IMG/VR virus record: IMGVR_UViG_3300023179_000046
Coordinates: 1-64,000 of that record
Strand: one strand, 5' to 3'
Length of the DNA: 64,000 nucleotides
Origin: a virus
Position numbers and translations under genes: made by a program. The notes under the pieces are model-generated. The model did no database searches. It saw nothing but the letters and a program-made list of their open reading frames with translations, and was not told the origin of the DNA. Of the stretch, positions 41,860 through 51,524 are shown piece by piece (within the stretch, counting starts at the first letter, position 1; every line of letters starts with the position of its first letter).

Positions 41860-44346
41860 CTATTCATTAGAATTCCAAATATTAATAAAACCATATGACC
41901 CATGAGAATGTCTACCTGTAGTAATTTTACTTGCATTTAAATAGATAGAGTCACCAGTGTATGCCCCGTCAAAATCAAAGAACAGGTGGTGTGGGTCGGC
42001 TGTTGTTAAAGTAACCGTTCCAGATGGAGCATATTGTCCATTAACATATACATTAACATAAGTTGTACTGCCAGAATATGAAAATCCGCTAGCAGAACCA
42101 CCATCAATGAAGCGTGTGTACGTTGAGAGCGGGCTGCCGCCGTCGATGCTGCTATCAAAAATAATAGTAGAAGCAGAACCTCCGTCTATTGATGCTGAAA
42201 CAATCGCGTTTTCGTAAAATAATACACCAGACGCATTAGTATAAGCGTAAAAAGAAACACCACTTTCGACTCCCCTAGTATCAATAATAAAATTGGATGC
42301 AGATGGATAAGACTCAGGCCTAAACCAAAAATCAATAGCGATAGGATTGATTTCGGGTCGCCTCTTGTTTATCTCTATACCGCCCTCAACCTGACCTGAC
42401 GTTTTATCAAAACTTAGACCAAACTTTCTCTGCCTCTGTTGAATCGGATGAGAAAAAGATCCTATGACATAAGAATGTGACGAAGCAGTATCAACAATAC
42501 TATCTATCGCATAGTTACCATCATTACTTAAAATTGATAAATCTTTGTACAAAGAAACTTTTATGGAGTTAAATGATTGATTGTATTGCTCAATTTCATA
42601 TTCATAGGGAACAAGAATTCTGAGCATCGCATCGTCAGTTAAAGTATTGTATGGAATAGGAAGTTGCTCATTATTGTTTATTGTTGTCCAAGGTAGATAT
42701 CCAGATGCCGCATCAGAATACAAAGAGTATTGAACGAGGCAGTTGTCCATTCCGTCCCACGAAATTTTACTACCAACAATATCAGTGTCATAGTCGGATA
42801 ATTCTATTTGACTAATATATGTGGCAGCCTGACTAATTGAAAGGTCATCAGTAAATCTTGCCATATACATTCTATTTTCAGAAAAATTATATGTTGAGGC
42901 AGAAGTACCTAATTCGCTGGCAATAAAAGCGTCATTGTCCATTCCAAAATTTTTAATATATAAGGAATTAGCATAGGGCAATTCAGGCATATTGCCTATC
43001 GCTAATGATAAACTTTGAGGTATGGATAACTGTGGAATGGTGGCGCTTGCGGCTATGTTGTTTGCATATAGGTGAATATCTTCATCTTTTATGCAAAATG
43101 CTACATTGTATGTGCTTGCAGAATTTAACGTAGACGGTATATATATTATGCTTGACGAGGACGCCGAATCTGGATCATACTTCTGTATATAAAATCCACT
43201 TGCATTAACCGTGGCGTACAAATTTGTATTAGTCTCAACAACATCATTCATAGAGAAAATTGTTGACATTGATGCTGTTACATTTGAAATTTGAGTAGTA
43301 ATGGTTTTATATTTTTCTCCGCTAAACAATAAGCCGTAGTCTACCATTTGGGCGTATGCTGAGGCTGATACTTGAAGCCCCGCCGATGAAGTACTAATTG
43401 ATCCGCTAGACAGTGAACCTAAATTAATACTATTAATTCTTTTATAGGAAATACCTAACTCTGTTGAAAAGTTAGTATTGTTTTCATAGATATAGTTATC
43501 TTTAAATGAGTCACCTATAATAAATTTTTGATAAATTGTATTGTAGTCTTTTTCGGTTAAGTCAAAAAAGGAAGTATTATATGCGGCGGTAATTTGAGAA
43601 GGCTTTTCTGCATTATAGGCATATACGGCCCTGAGCCTTTGACGATCTTTAGGTAATATATAATTATATAGACCTAAATTGCTGATTATAAAACTTTTTG
43701 TTGAATCGTTAATTGAGTTAGAGTTAACGTTAAAGTTAATTTTTTCTACTGCACCGGTAAGTGGTTGAAACGCAAAATTATCTACAACTGCGCCTGATCC
43801 ACCATCATGACCGTTGACTGATAGTGTTAAAGACCCTTTAGTGTAGGTGGCACAAATATAAAAATTAGTGTCTAGGTTTCTTACTGGATAGATAGCATCA
43901 GTGTTACCCGTTCCATAAATTCTAAACCTAAATGTGTTTCTTTTGTAGTCGTAGAGAATGGCTCCTACATCAGTTGAGCCATTTTTTATGCTAACAATTT
44001 TTAACTCATTATTAATGTAGTATCTTGTTGAAGAATTAAGATTATTTAAATATCCAGAGCCATCCAAAGTTCCATTGAAAGAAAACCAAAACTCAATAGT
44101 AAAATTATTATTTTCAGTGCCCTTATAAAAACACTTAGGGTCGCCATACAGTCGATAAGAAAAATTATTAGTCTTAGTAAAAAGCGGAGTGGCACTTGAA
44201 CTGTTATCTACAATAATATTATTCTTTATCGAACTTCTAGTTCCAGAACTAGCACTTTGAATAAGTCCATTACTCGCGTATACGTCATTAAGGTCACCTG
44301 TATAGCCCACAGGTTGATCTGAAATGACTAAATTTTTATACGACAA
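41860..44346 (-). CDS. LamG/concanavalin-like virion protein
   Basis: SYKNLVISDQPVGY start, FTIEFWF, AIDFWFRP, and IDGGS repeats. Confidence 0.75.
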   Translation of the reverse strand: MSYKNLVISDQPVGYTGDLNDVYASNGLIQSASSGTRSSIKNNIIVDNSSSATPLFTKTNNFSYRLYGDPKCFYKGTENNNFTIEFWFSFNGTLDGSGYLNNLNSSTRYYINNELKIVSIKNGSTDVGAILYDYKRNTFRFRIYGTGNTDAIYPVRNLDTNFYICATYTKGSLTLSVNGHDGGSGAVVDNFAFQPLTGAVEKINFNVNSNSINDSTKSFIISNLGLYNYILPKDRQRLRAVYAYNAEKPSQITAAYNTSFFDLTEKDYNTIYQKFIIGDSFKDNYIYENNTNFSTELGISYKRINSINLGSLSSGSISTSSAGLQVSASAYAQMVDYGLLFSGEKYKTITTQISNVTASMSTIFSMNDVVETNTNLYATVNASGFYIQKYDPDSASSSSIIYIPSTLNSASTYNVAFCIKDEDIHLYANNIAASATIPQLSIPQSLSLAIGNMPELPYANSLYIKNFGMDNDAFIASELGTSASTYNFSENRMYMARFTDDLSISQAATYISQIELSDYDTDIVGSKISWDGMDNCLVQYSLYSDAASGYLPWTTINNNEQLPIPYNTLTDDAMLRILVPYEYEIEQYNQSFNSIKVSLYKDLSILSNDGNYAIDSIVDTASSHSYVIGSFSHPIQQRQRKFGLSFDKTSGQVEGGIEINKRRPEINPIAIDFWFRPESYPSASNFIIDTRGVESGVSFYAYTNASGVLFYENAIVSASIDGGSASTIIFDSSIDGGSPLSTYTRFIDGGSASGFSYSGSTTYVNVYVNGQYAPSGTVTLTTADPHHLFFDFDGAYTGDSIYLNASKITTGRHSHGSYGFINIWNSNE

Positions 44347-44397
44347 AGTAATGCTCCTATTGGAATATAATAATTATACCAAAGCAGAGGCGTTTTA

Positions 44398-47199
44398 CTA
44401 CTTTTTAACTTCTGCCGTGGAGCCAATGTCTACAATTTCACAAGCCCCGGCGCTACAGGCCAATTCTTGCGATCCAGTAGTTGAATCAATAGTCTCATAG
44501 AGAGGTAGCATTTCCCACTGAATATACTCAGGGAAATTCTTTACTGCCTCTAAATATGTTGATTCGTCTATTTCCTGATAGGGAGCCTGACGGTAGGTAT
44601 GCTCAGAATAAGGTAAGAATGAGATACCTGACACTTCATCAAAGTGCTTCCAAATCCAAGCACCTACCTCCATCCATTCTTCTTCCTTGACGGAAACGGT
44701 GATTGAAGGCTTATGTTCACACCATGCTCTTTGATATGCCAGCCAAATATCTAAATGCTGTAAAGCGTTAATGTTTTCGCGCAGTACCGCATTTTTGGGT
44801 GCTTTTATTGGAAACGAGAATACTGTAGTGTCATTAGGTTTCATAACGTCATCTTCTGCTGGAACACCGCAGTCAGTGAGGAAACGTGTTAAAGGATCTT
44901 TCTTATCGCCTCTGACAGTGCGGGTATAGTATTGTGAGTGCCACGGATGCATCCCTGAGGATACTCCTGTTAATTGTGATACTGTTCCTGATGGCTTGAC
45001 ACAGGTGATGGCGGCTGATGGGTTGATGCCTATTTTTTTGGCTTCTTCTACGTTTGCGGCTACTGCAATTTCTCGTAAATTGTAGAGGGTTCTTGTCAAT
45101 TTTGCTATGCCTTCTTGTCCTGACATTAGAGTGTTGCCGAATTGCCCGGTCAGTGAAACACCAAGTAGTCTTTCTTCTTCTGTGTTTTGACGCCAAATTT
45201 TTCTTAAGTATTTGAAATCTGTCAGTGTTGATTGCCATGTGCCTAGAATGGTTGCTAATTCAACCTTTCTGGATAGGGTTTCTTCATCATCATTTTCTCG
45301 CACAATCACTTCTGACAGGTTGCAGAATTGGTATGGGCGTAGAATGATTTCGCTGCATGGGTTGGTGCCATAGTTTATTGTTTCGTCCCGGCGACCATAT
45401 TTGGCTGCTTGACGTTGTGCGGCCTTAACATTATAGATGCCACGTTCACCTGATTTAGAATCATACAGGTTCTTCCACTCGTCCATAAATTCGCTCATTG
45501 AGGGTCGGTCTGAATATGCCACGGAGTTATTTGAAAGCGCCCTGTGACCGTCTGTGTTCCACCATGAGCCAAATTTTGCCTTAGCCATATCTCCGTCGCC
45601 TAGGTCAGATAGGCTAATCATGGCACTACGACGAACACCCCCAACTACGACCACTTCACCGATCTTGCACATAATGTCGTGGGCTTCGATTGGGCGCAGG
45701 CGACGACCAGCCGCCTGCTTAAAGATATGCACACAGAATTCGAATAAGTTGATGAGGGGTTCTGGGCCTGATGCCATACCGCCAAAGGTCTTAAGTCGTG
45801 CGCCTGCTGGACGTACCTTAGATGTATTCCATGTGGGGATTTGACCAGCGTAAAGCATAGCAATAAGTTCTCTTAAAGATCGTGCCCATCCCGCCTTTGA
45901 ATCCTCTACAACAATAGTTGTATCGGATTTCTCAAAATGCTCATTGACTACGGGCAGTTTGTTAATGTATTTTGCTTCTACGGAGAATCCTACTCCTGTC
46001 CCACACATGAGAATATACATTGCTTCATCGAAGGAGCGAGGGGAGTCAATTGGTAGGAAAGAACAATTTCCAGTAATCAGCCCCCCAGAAAGAACAAAGT
46101 TGCTAGTTTCTGGGACCACCAGACAGTAAACGTCCTGTTCTTCTAATTCAGATATTGACTCAACAACAAATTCCTTGCTGGCTCGCAGGCTAATTCTTGC
46201 TAGCGGGTTAGACCTTTCTCCAAAATTAGTTGGCCTATTGTTGTAGTTAATTCCAGTTACAACGTATCCGGCCAATGGTGCGTTCTTAACCAGCCACTCA
46301 TAAGCGCCCGGAAATTGTGAGTCCAATTTTGGAGAGGTGGAGCGAATCTGATTGCCATCGGCCAAAAGCCAGCCATAAATAAAGCCTGCAATGTAACTTG
46401 AGTTCTTAGAAGAAGGAAATTCTTTGCAGTTATCTGGTACAGTCCAATATCCAACTGCATCACCATCGTAAGATGGTGGGAAGGAATGTGATTCAAAGTA
46501 TGAAAGCATTTCATCCTTGTGCTGACCACAAAGCCTTACAAAATGTCCAATATTACCATTCGACTGGCGCTTGCTTATAGTTCCGTCGCCAAAAATAATA
46601 CCATGGCGCACCCCATTTCGGTAATCTTCATCCTCAACGACATCTGCCGAGATAGCAATAACTTTATCTCCAACAGAAAGCGCAGTAGTTTTTAGACCAT
46701 TGGACAAAATCCATCTATGGTCAGGAGTAACATCATAACTAAGTCTATGATTGCTTCTGTCAGAAGACGGCCTAAAGACTACCCTTTGAGTAGACTGAAC
46801 CCCAAAATATTCGGCACGCGCAGACTTCCATCCAAAAGGTGTAAGCGCCGTAACGGTCTGATCATAAATGTCATCTAGTCTAACCGAGCCGTACTCTTTC
46901 GTAACAACCTCAGTACTGCCCACAAAACAGTTATATCCTGCCACATTGTCACGATCCAACGCAACACCAGCAGTCATGACTGCACGCATGGAAGGCATAA
47001 TGTCCATTTTTAATACGGCAGACTTTAACTCAGTTACAAGGGCGGGGTCAGGAGTGTAATTCTTTTCACCTAAATGGGTAACCATAAAGTTAAAGTAACG
47101 GTCTACAGTTTCATCCCACGATTCGCGTCGGTTTTCATCTTCCAACCAACGGGCATAACGACTAACAGCAATAAAATTTTGAAACGGATTCTCAATCAC
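44398..47199 (-). CDS. nrdJ: Class II (adenosylcobalamin) ribonucleotide reductase containing an intein
   Basis: MPSMR, GTGVGFS, VVGGVRRSA, TNPCSEI, TCVKPSGT and C-terminal CSAGAC. Likely GTG start at 47199. Confidence 0.92.
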   Translation of the reverse strand: MIENPFQNFIAVSRYARWLEDENRRESWDETVDRYFNFMVTHLGEKNYTPDPALVTELKSAVLKMDIMPSMRAVMTAGVALDRDNVAGYNCFVGSTEVVTKEYGSVRLDDIYDQTVTALTPFGWKSARAEYFGVQSTQRVVFRPSSDRSNHRLSYDVTPDHRWILSNGLKTTALSVGDKVIAISADVVEDEDYRNGVRHGIIFGDGTISKRQSNGNIGHFVRLCGQHKDEMLSYFESHSFPPSYDGDAVGYWTVPDNCKEFPSSKNSSYIAGFIYGWLLADGNQIRSTSPKLDSQFPGAYEWLVKNAPLAGYVVTGINYNNRPTNFGERSNPLARISLRASKEFVVESISELEEQDVYCLVVPETSNFVLSGGLITGNCSFLPIDSPRSFDEAMYILMCGTGVGFSVEAKYINKLPVVNEHFEKSDTTIVVEDSKAGWARSLRELIAMLYAGQIPTWNTSKVRPAGARLKTFGGMASGPEPLINLFEFCVHIFKQAAGRRLRPIEAHDIMCKIGEVVVVGGVRRSAMISLSDLGDGDMAKAKFGSWWNTDGHRALSNNSVAYSDRPSMSEFMDEWKNLYDSKSGERGIYNVKAAQRQAAKYGRRDETINYGTNPCSEIILRPYQFCNLSEVIVRENDDEETLSRKVELATILGTWQSTLTDFKYLRKIWRQNTEEERLLGVSLTGQFGNTLMSGQEGIAKLTRTLYNLREIAVAANVEEAKKIGINPSAAITCVKPSGTVSQLTGVSSGMHPWHSQYYTRTVRGDKKDPLTRFLTDCGVPAEDDVMKPNDTTVFSFPIKAPKNAVLRENINALQHLDIWLAYQRAWCEHKPSITVSVKEEEWMEVGAWIWKHFDEVSGISFLPYSEHTYRQAPYQEIDESTYLEAVKNFPEYIQWEMLPLYETIDSTTGSQELACSAGACEIVDIGSTAEVKK
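46066..46929 (-). mobile_element. Intein (288 aa) with LAGLIDADG homing endonuclease
   Basis: GYN|CFVGSTEV...VTPDHRW...GIIFGDG...GWLLADG...VYCLVVPETSNFVLSGGLITGN|CSF. Confidence 0.92.
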
Positions 47200-47269
47200 A
47201 AAAAAGCACCTAAATTCACATAAAATATTTAACAGAGACACCAAGTGTAGCACGCCCCCTGCCTTAAAC

Positions 47270-48292
47270 TTACATATTTTTGTAAATTTTTCTCAACCGG
47301 GCGACCATAGGACGAGTGACCTTCACCCAATCATATTCTCTATGAATTTGTAAAGCATTTTTGAACGCAATCTTAGACCACTCATCATGCATGGCGGGTG
47401 CAGCGTGCATATACTCCCGTAACTGTGTGTGATCGGGGCGCAACATCAGGCCGGGATGGATAGACTGCCAAGGTGACGTAGCCCAAGTAGACCCCAACGG
47501 GGCGGTAATATAATCCCCATACTCAGCCCACCCATCAGTACAAATCGTAGGAATGCCCATAGCCATAGCCTGCAAAGGATTAAACCCGAACCCCTCACCC
47601 CACGACGGATAAACAAAAACATCAGCCATAGCATACAAAGAAACCATCTCATACTCTGAATACATATCCGTAATGACCAAAACATTACTATGAAACAACT
47701 CAGGACTAGCCGCGACACCATTATAGGCTTTAGTTTGAACCGTAGAAGAATTAGAACCCTTGACAATTAATCTAAACCTATCATCACCACCATAAAGGTC
47801 AAGAAAAGTATCAACTACACGCTGACCGTCCTTGCGAACCGCAGGTTCCCCCACAAACAAAAACGTAAACGGCCTATCCTTACTAAAACCATCAAACTTC
47901 ACCCGCCTCGGACTAAAAATTTTAGAAATACCATGCGGATAAACACAAATATCCTTACCGCCAACAAACGGTTTAAAAATATCCTTATTCCACTGAGAAG
48001 GAGTCCAAATCTCATCACACACAGCAGCACCCTCAACCCAACCCGGCAACCACTGAGTAGACTCCCAAGCAGTAAACCCAATCTTAAAACTAGACTCACA
48101 ATAAAACCTATAATGACTAGGATGAGTGAACGCAATCTCAAAATCAGCCCTCACACTATCACCATCCTCAGGACGACGACACACCACATCAACACCCAAC
48201 TCCTTAAAAGCATTAAACGACTGCGCCGCAGCCGTCCCATACCCAAAAGTCGAATTACAATGCTCAAACGCGCCAGACAAATAAACTCTCAT
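47270..48292 (-). CDS. GT-B glycosyltransferase (family 4-like)
   Basis: FLFVGEPAVRKDG, ADVFVYPSWGEGFGFNPLQAMAMGIPTI. Confidence 0.9.
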   Translation of the reverse strand: MRVYLSGAFEHCNSTFGYGTAAAQSFNAFKELGVDVVCRRPEDGDSVRADFEIAFTHPSHYRFYCESSFKIGFTAWESTQWLPGWVEGAAVCDEIWTPSQWNKDIFKPFVGGKDICVYPHGISKIFSPRRVKFDGFSKDRPFTFLFVGEPAVRKDGQRVVDTFLDLYGGDDRFRLIVKGSNSSTVQTKAYNGVAASPELFHSNVLVITDMYSEYEMVSLYAMADVFVYPSWGEGFGFNPLQAMAMGIPTICTDGWAEYGDYITAPLGSTWATSPWQSIHPGLMLRPDHTQLREYMHAAPAMHDEWSKIAFKNALQIHREYDWVKVTRPMVARLRKIYKNM

Positions 48293-48297
48293 GCTAC

Positions 48298-48400
48298 ACT
48301 TTCTCTATAAGTACTTAATAAGAACAAAATATAATATATATAAATTATAGTATATATTACTATATAGTATAGTTAACTAAAGTTAACTATACTATACCAC
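48298..48400. promoter_or_regulatory. AT-rich divergent intergenic region with a perfect 16-bp inverted repeat
   Basis: TATAGTATAGTTAACT-AA-AGTTAACTATACTATA at 48363..48396. TAAGTACTTA at 48308..48317. TGGTATAGT on the minus strand at 48391..48399. Confidence 0.6.
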
Positions 48401-48448
48401 CCCCACCCTGAAAAATGATACACTAGGAATCTCCTTGAAAGGAACACC

Positions 48449-48673
48449 ATGTTAATCATTCCAATAAACAAACACACCCTAAGCCTCGTCACAGTACTAA
48501 ACGACGACGTAGAACCACCAATACCAGTACACGAAAAATTCCCCAACCTTGACGCCACATACCTCCTATGGGACAAAAAAGGCAACAACGTTTACACAAA
48601 AATAATCCACTGGACCGAACACGAACTCTTGAAAGAAGATGTCGGACACCCAATCTTCTTTAGAGAACAATAA
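48449..48673 (+). CDS. Hypothetical protein
   Basis: AAGGA RBS. First of four coupled ORFs. Confidence 0.65.
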   Translation: MLIIPINKHTLSLVTVLNDDVEPPIPVHEKFPNLDATYLLWDKKGNNVYTKIIHWTEHELLKEDVGHPIFFREQ

Positions 48674-48927
48674 TGCCCCAAAGCAACACACCAAAAAACC
48701 AAACCCTAACATACTACTTCGAATACACGCAACTAGTAGCCCAACAAAAAACAAAACCACTACTAGACTGCGCCAACAACCACCAAATGCTACACCCACA
48801 CTACGACACACAAAAAAACAAACTATACTTCCAATGCCTCACCTGCGACCAAAAAGTCCACCCCGGCCAAAACATCACACAAAAAATAAAACAAATAGTA
48901 AACCAACACCAAGAAAACAACCCATGA
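48673..48927 (+). CDS. Small zinc-binding protein
   Basis: CANNH...CLTC, TAATG coupling. Confidence 0.7.
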   Translation: MPQSNTPKNQTLTYYFEYTQLVAQQKTKPLLDCANNHQMLHPHYDTQKNKLYFQCLTCDQKVHPGQNITQKIKQIVNQHQENNP

Positions 48928-49124
48928 ACCAACAACAAACAGACACCCTCCTAGAAATACTCACAGGCATCTACATACAAACACTCCGCATATACGACCA
49001 ACTCGCCATCATCGGAGACAAACTAGGAGCAGACACCACACAACTAGCCAACCTACACGAACAAGGACACACCATCGGCCCCGACCCCGCCCTCACAATA
49101 GACCAAGACCAAGGACAAACATGA
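48924..49124 (+). CDS. Hypothetical protein (MNQQQTDTLLEILTGIYIQ...)
   Basis: ATGA overlap. 3' part of ORF 48639..49124. Confidence 0.65.
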   Translation: MNQQQTDTLLEILTGIYIQTLRIYDQLAIIGDKLGADTTQLANLHEQGHTIGPDPALTIDQDQGQT

Positions 49125-49321
49125 CACACTGGAACCAAAAAATAACAAACCTCCTATGGAAAGCCATAGACGACAACCACGAAACAATAAACAAACTAAG
49201 AATCAAAAAAGAAGAAGCACAACAAACAATCCAAACAATAAACCAAGAAATCGAAAACCTACACAACGACAACCACGAAATACAACAACAAATACTAAAA
49301 ATAGTCTCACCAAAAAACTAA
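49121..49321 (+). CDS. Small coiled-coil protein
   Basis: ATGA overlap, AAGGA RBS. Confidence 0.65.
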   Translation: MTHWNQKITNLLWKAIDDNHETINKLRIKKEEAQQTIQTINQEIENLHNDNHEIQQQILKIVSPKN

Positions 49322-49595
49322 ACCCAAAACGACAAAATGTTAACAAAAAAATTCAAACCCAAAACCACAAAATGTTAACAAATTTTTAAAATGTATGGAT
49401 ACGCCTTCGGCATAGCGGCGCGCGCTAAGGTAGTGCGCCCATACGGGCGGCGTGTCAAGCCTTATGGCGTGTGACATACGCCACATCGTGTTTGGTTGCA
49501 GAATGGTTGCAAACGCCCGTTTCGGGTCGCTGACTGTCGGACCCCTAGTGTAGTGTTCTACTTGTCAGAGAGAAACACTAATGAAAGGTTAGACA

Positions 49596-49778
49596 ATGAT
49601 CCACAAGTACCAAACTCGTCTCACGACCGCCGCTGCGTTGCGCGCCGGTCAAGTCCTTTACCACGGCGGGTCCATCTCGTCGGTGTCGTTCGATGGTCTT
49701 AGCGTCATCGTTCGCGCTTGCGGTAGGGAGTACACGTTCCAAGCGCGCGAGCGCGTTCGGATCTACCCTAACCTCTAG
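49596..49778 (+). CDS. Small protein, paralog of 50991..51188
   Basis: YQTRL...YHGG...RVRIYPNL. GAAAGG RBS. Confidence 0.8.
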   Translation: MIHKYQTRLTTAAALRAGQVLYHGGSISSVSFDGLSVIVRACGREYTFQARERVRIYPNL

Positions 49779-49860
49779 GTTGCAGTAGGGGTGCAACGTC
49801 ACCCCTACTGTCGGACCCCCGTGCTAGGCTCTCACTATCAACAACAACGAAAGGCAAGAA

Positions 49861-50124
49861 ATGACCATCAAGGGCGAACGTCACCTTATCAACTACCGGG
49901 GCAGCGTAATCTTCGCTGGCCGCTCGCCGTGGGATCTCAATCACCCTGAGAAGGCTCTAGTTCGGGTTCACATCAACGGCCAGTGCTACTCGGACGGCGT
50001 ATGGTCAGACACTCGCACCGATGAGGCGATGGACTACATCGACCGCATCCTAGGCACCTATGGCCCCGACCTTATGCCACAGGGCAGGCTTGCCCAGTGG
50101 ATTGTCGAACGCGCCAACGTCTGA
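49861..50124 (+). CDS. Hypothetical protein
   Basis: Own promoter at 49809 and GAAAGG RBS. Confidence 0.8.
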   Translation: MTIKGERHLINYRGSVIFAGRSPWDLNHPEKALVRVHINGQCYSDGVWSDTRTDEAMDYIDRILGTYGPDLMPQGRLAQWIVERANV

Positions 50125-50166
50125 CCCCTGCACTACCCCTGCAATATCAAACACTAACGAAAGGTA

Positions 50167-50406
50167 ATGCCCATGTATTCATCCGGTGTCAACGCTTATG
50201 GACACGCTGTGGAGTTGGAACACTACACGCGCTTTGTCTACTCGGAGGATGGTCTAGATGAGACCGTTGTGCCGTGCGGTTTCGTTGGAATGGTGGATGC
50301 ATCATTCGATGGGTCTAACGGTATTCTTGACTGCCCCGCCTGTGGCGATGAAATCGAAATCGAAGATGGTAAAGCCCATTGGGCCGATGCTTGGATTAGT
50401 GCCTAA
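50167..50406 (+). CDS. Acidic zinc-ribbon-like protein
   Basis: GAAAGG RBS, CPAC motif. Confidence 0.7.
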   Translation: MPMYSSGVNAYGHAVELEHYTRFVYSEDGLDETVVPCGFVGMVDASFDGSNGILDCPACGDEIEIEDGKAHWADAWISA

Positions 50407-50434
50407 TCATTCTCTAGAAAGAAAGAAGAAATAA

Positions 50435-50584
50435 ATGATGATGAAATACATTGACACATTCCCGCTTTGCGAGCATTGCGATATCGAAATGACCGAAGAA
50501 TGCAACTTCGGATATCGCCACTGGCAATGCAACTGCATTGTTTGTAAAGAATGTCTATGTGCATTCATCGCCCCAATGCATTAG
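50435..50584 (+). CDS. Cys-rich microprotein (49 aa)
   Basis: Hand-translated MMMKYIDTFPLCEHCDIEMTEECNFGYRHWQCNCIVCKECLCAFIAPMH, followed by a hairpin at 50584..50608. Confidence 0.55.
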   Translation: MMMKYIDTFPLCEHCDIEMTEECNFGYRHWQCNCIVCKECLCAFIAPMH

Positions 50585-50990
50585 GGGGGATATTCTAATA
50601 TTCCCCCCGCCATTGTTTGATAAAAGAATAGCGAATAAAAAGAATGCATAAAAGAATGCATTCTAAAATAAAAAAGAATGCGATTTGACATTTTTTTAGA
50701 ATGCGGGCAAGTACTTTGCCCGCGAAATTAATACTTGTCAATGCTTTAAGATAACGATTATGTAACGCTTTTGTAAATGCATTTATTTAATTCATGAATA
50801 ACAATTCAATAACAATTCAATAAACATATTCATGAATAATATGCATAACCATGCATAATATACACACATGGCATGTGATGTAGGTCACATCGGCTTAGGT
50901 TGCAGAACGGTTGCAAACAGCCCGTTTAGACAAACTACTGTCAGACCCCCATGCTAGACTGATACCATCAACAACAAGAAAGGCAAGACA

Positions 50991-51188
50991 ATGACTAAGA
51001 CCAACGTTCGTTACCAGACCCGCCTAGTGGCCGCCCGCAATTTGCAGGTCGGCACCGTGTGCTACCACGGGGGCGAGATTGTCTCGCGCGTGCCCAAGAA
51101 CGGCATCGGAATCGTTGTCACGTTCCGTGACGGTTCCGAGCGTTACTTTGCATACTCTGATCGGGTCAGAATCTACCCCAATCTCTGA
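50991..51188 (+). CDS. Small protein, paralog of 49596..49778
   Basis: Shared motifs and the same promoter architecture. Confidence 0.8.
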   Translation: MTKTNVRYQTRLVAARNLQVGTVCYHGGEIVSRVPKNGIGIVVTFRDGSERYFAYSDRVRIYPNL

Positions 51189-51240
51189 CCTGTCAGCCCC
51201 CCATGCTAGGCTCTATCAACAACAACGAAAGGTAATCAAA

Positions 51241-51351
51241 ATGTGGGAAATCATCTGTGAATTCGGATCGTGCAAGAACGTTGCAGAGGTCACCTACCCC
51301 GATGGTCGGGGAGATCAAATCCACTATTGCGGATTCCACGAACCGAATTAG
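51241..51351 (+). CDS. Zinc-finger microprotein (36 aa)
   Basis: GAAAGG RBS. CEFGSC...CGFH. Confidence 0.65.
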   Translation: MWEIICEFGSCKNVAEVTYPDGRGDQIHYCGFHEPN

Positions 51352-51380
51352 GTTCTCCCAACAACAAGAAAGGCAACACC

Positions 51381-51509
51381 ATGAATCAGGACATATGGGA
51401 CCAACTCAATGACCTGCACTGGCAGGATGAGTCGCTCTGGTGCCCCCAATGCTCCGAGTGCTCTCAGCCGTGGCCCTGCCTCACCCGTCAACTCCTAGAC
51501 CGTCTCTAA
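51381..51509 (+). CDS. H..CxxC..WPC microprotein (42 aa)
   Basis: GAAAGG RBS. Paralog-like to 53761..53907. Confidence 0.7.
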   Translation: MNQDIWDQLNDLHWQDESLWCPQCSECSQPWPCLTRQLLDRL

Positions 51510-51524
51510 AGAAAAGGTAATACA

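Noticed and set aside
1073-47059. Numerous plus-strand and alternative-frame ORFs within the minus-strand block
   Set aside because: They are antisense or shadow frames of well-supported genes, with no RBS or motifs.
47446-49389. Overlapping ORFs in the skewed block (47933, the 5' part of 48639, 49156, 48566)
   Set aside because: They are artefacts of stop-codon depletion in G/T-poor DNA.
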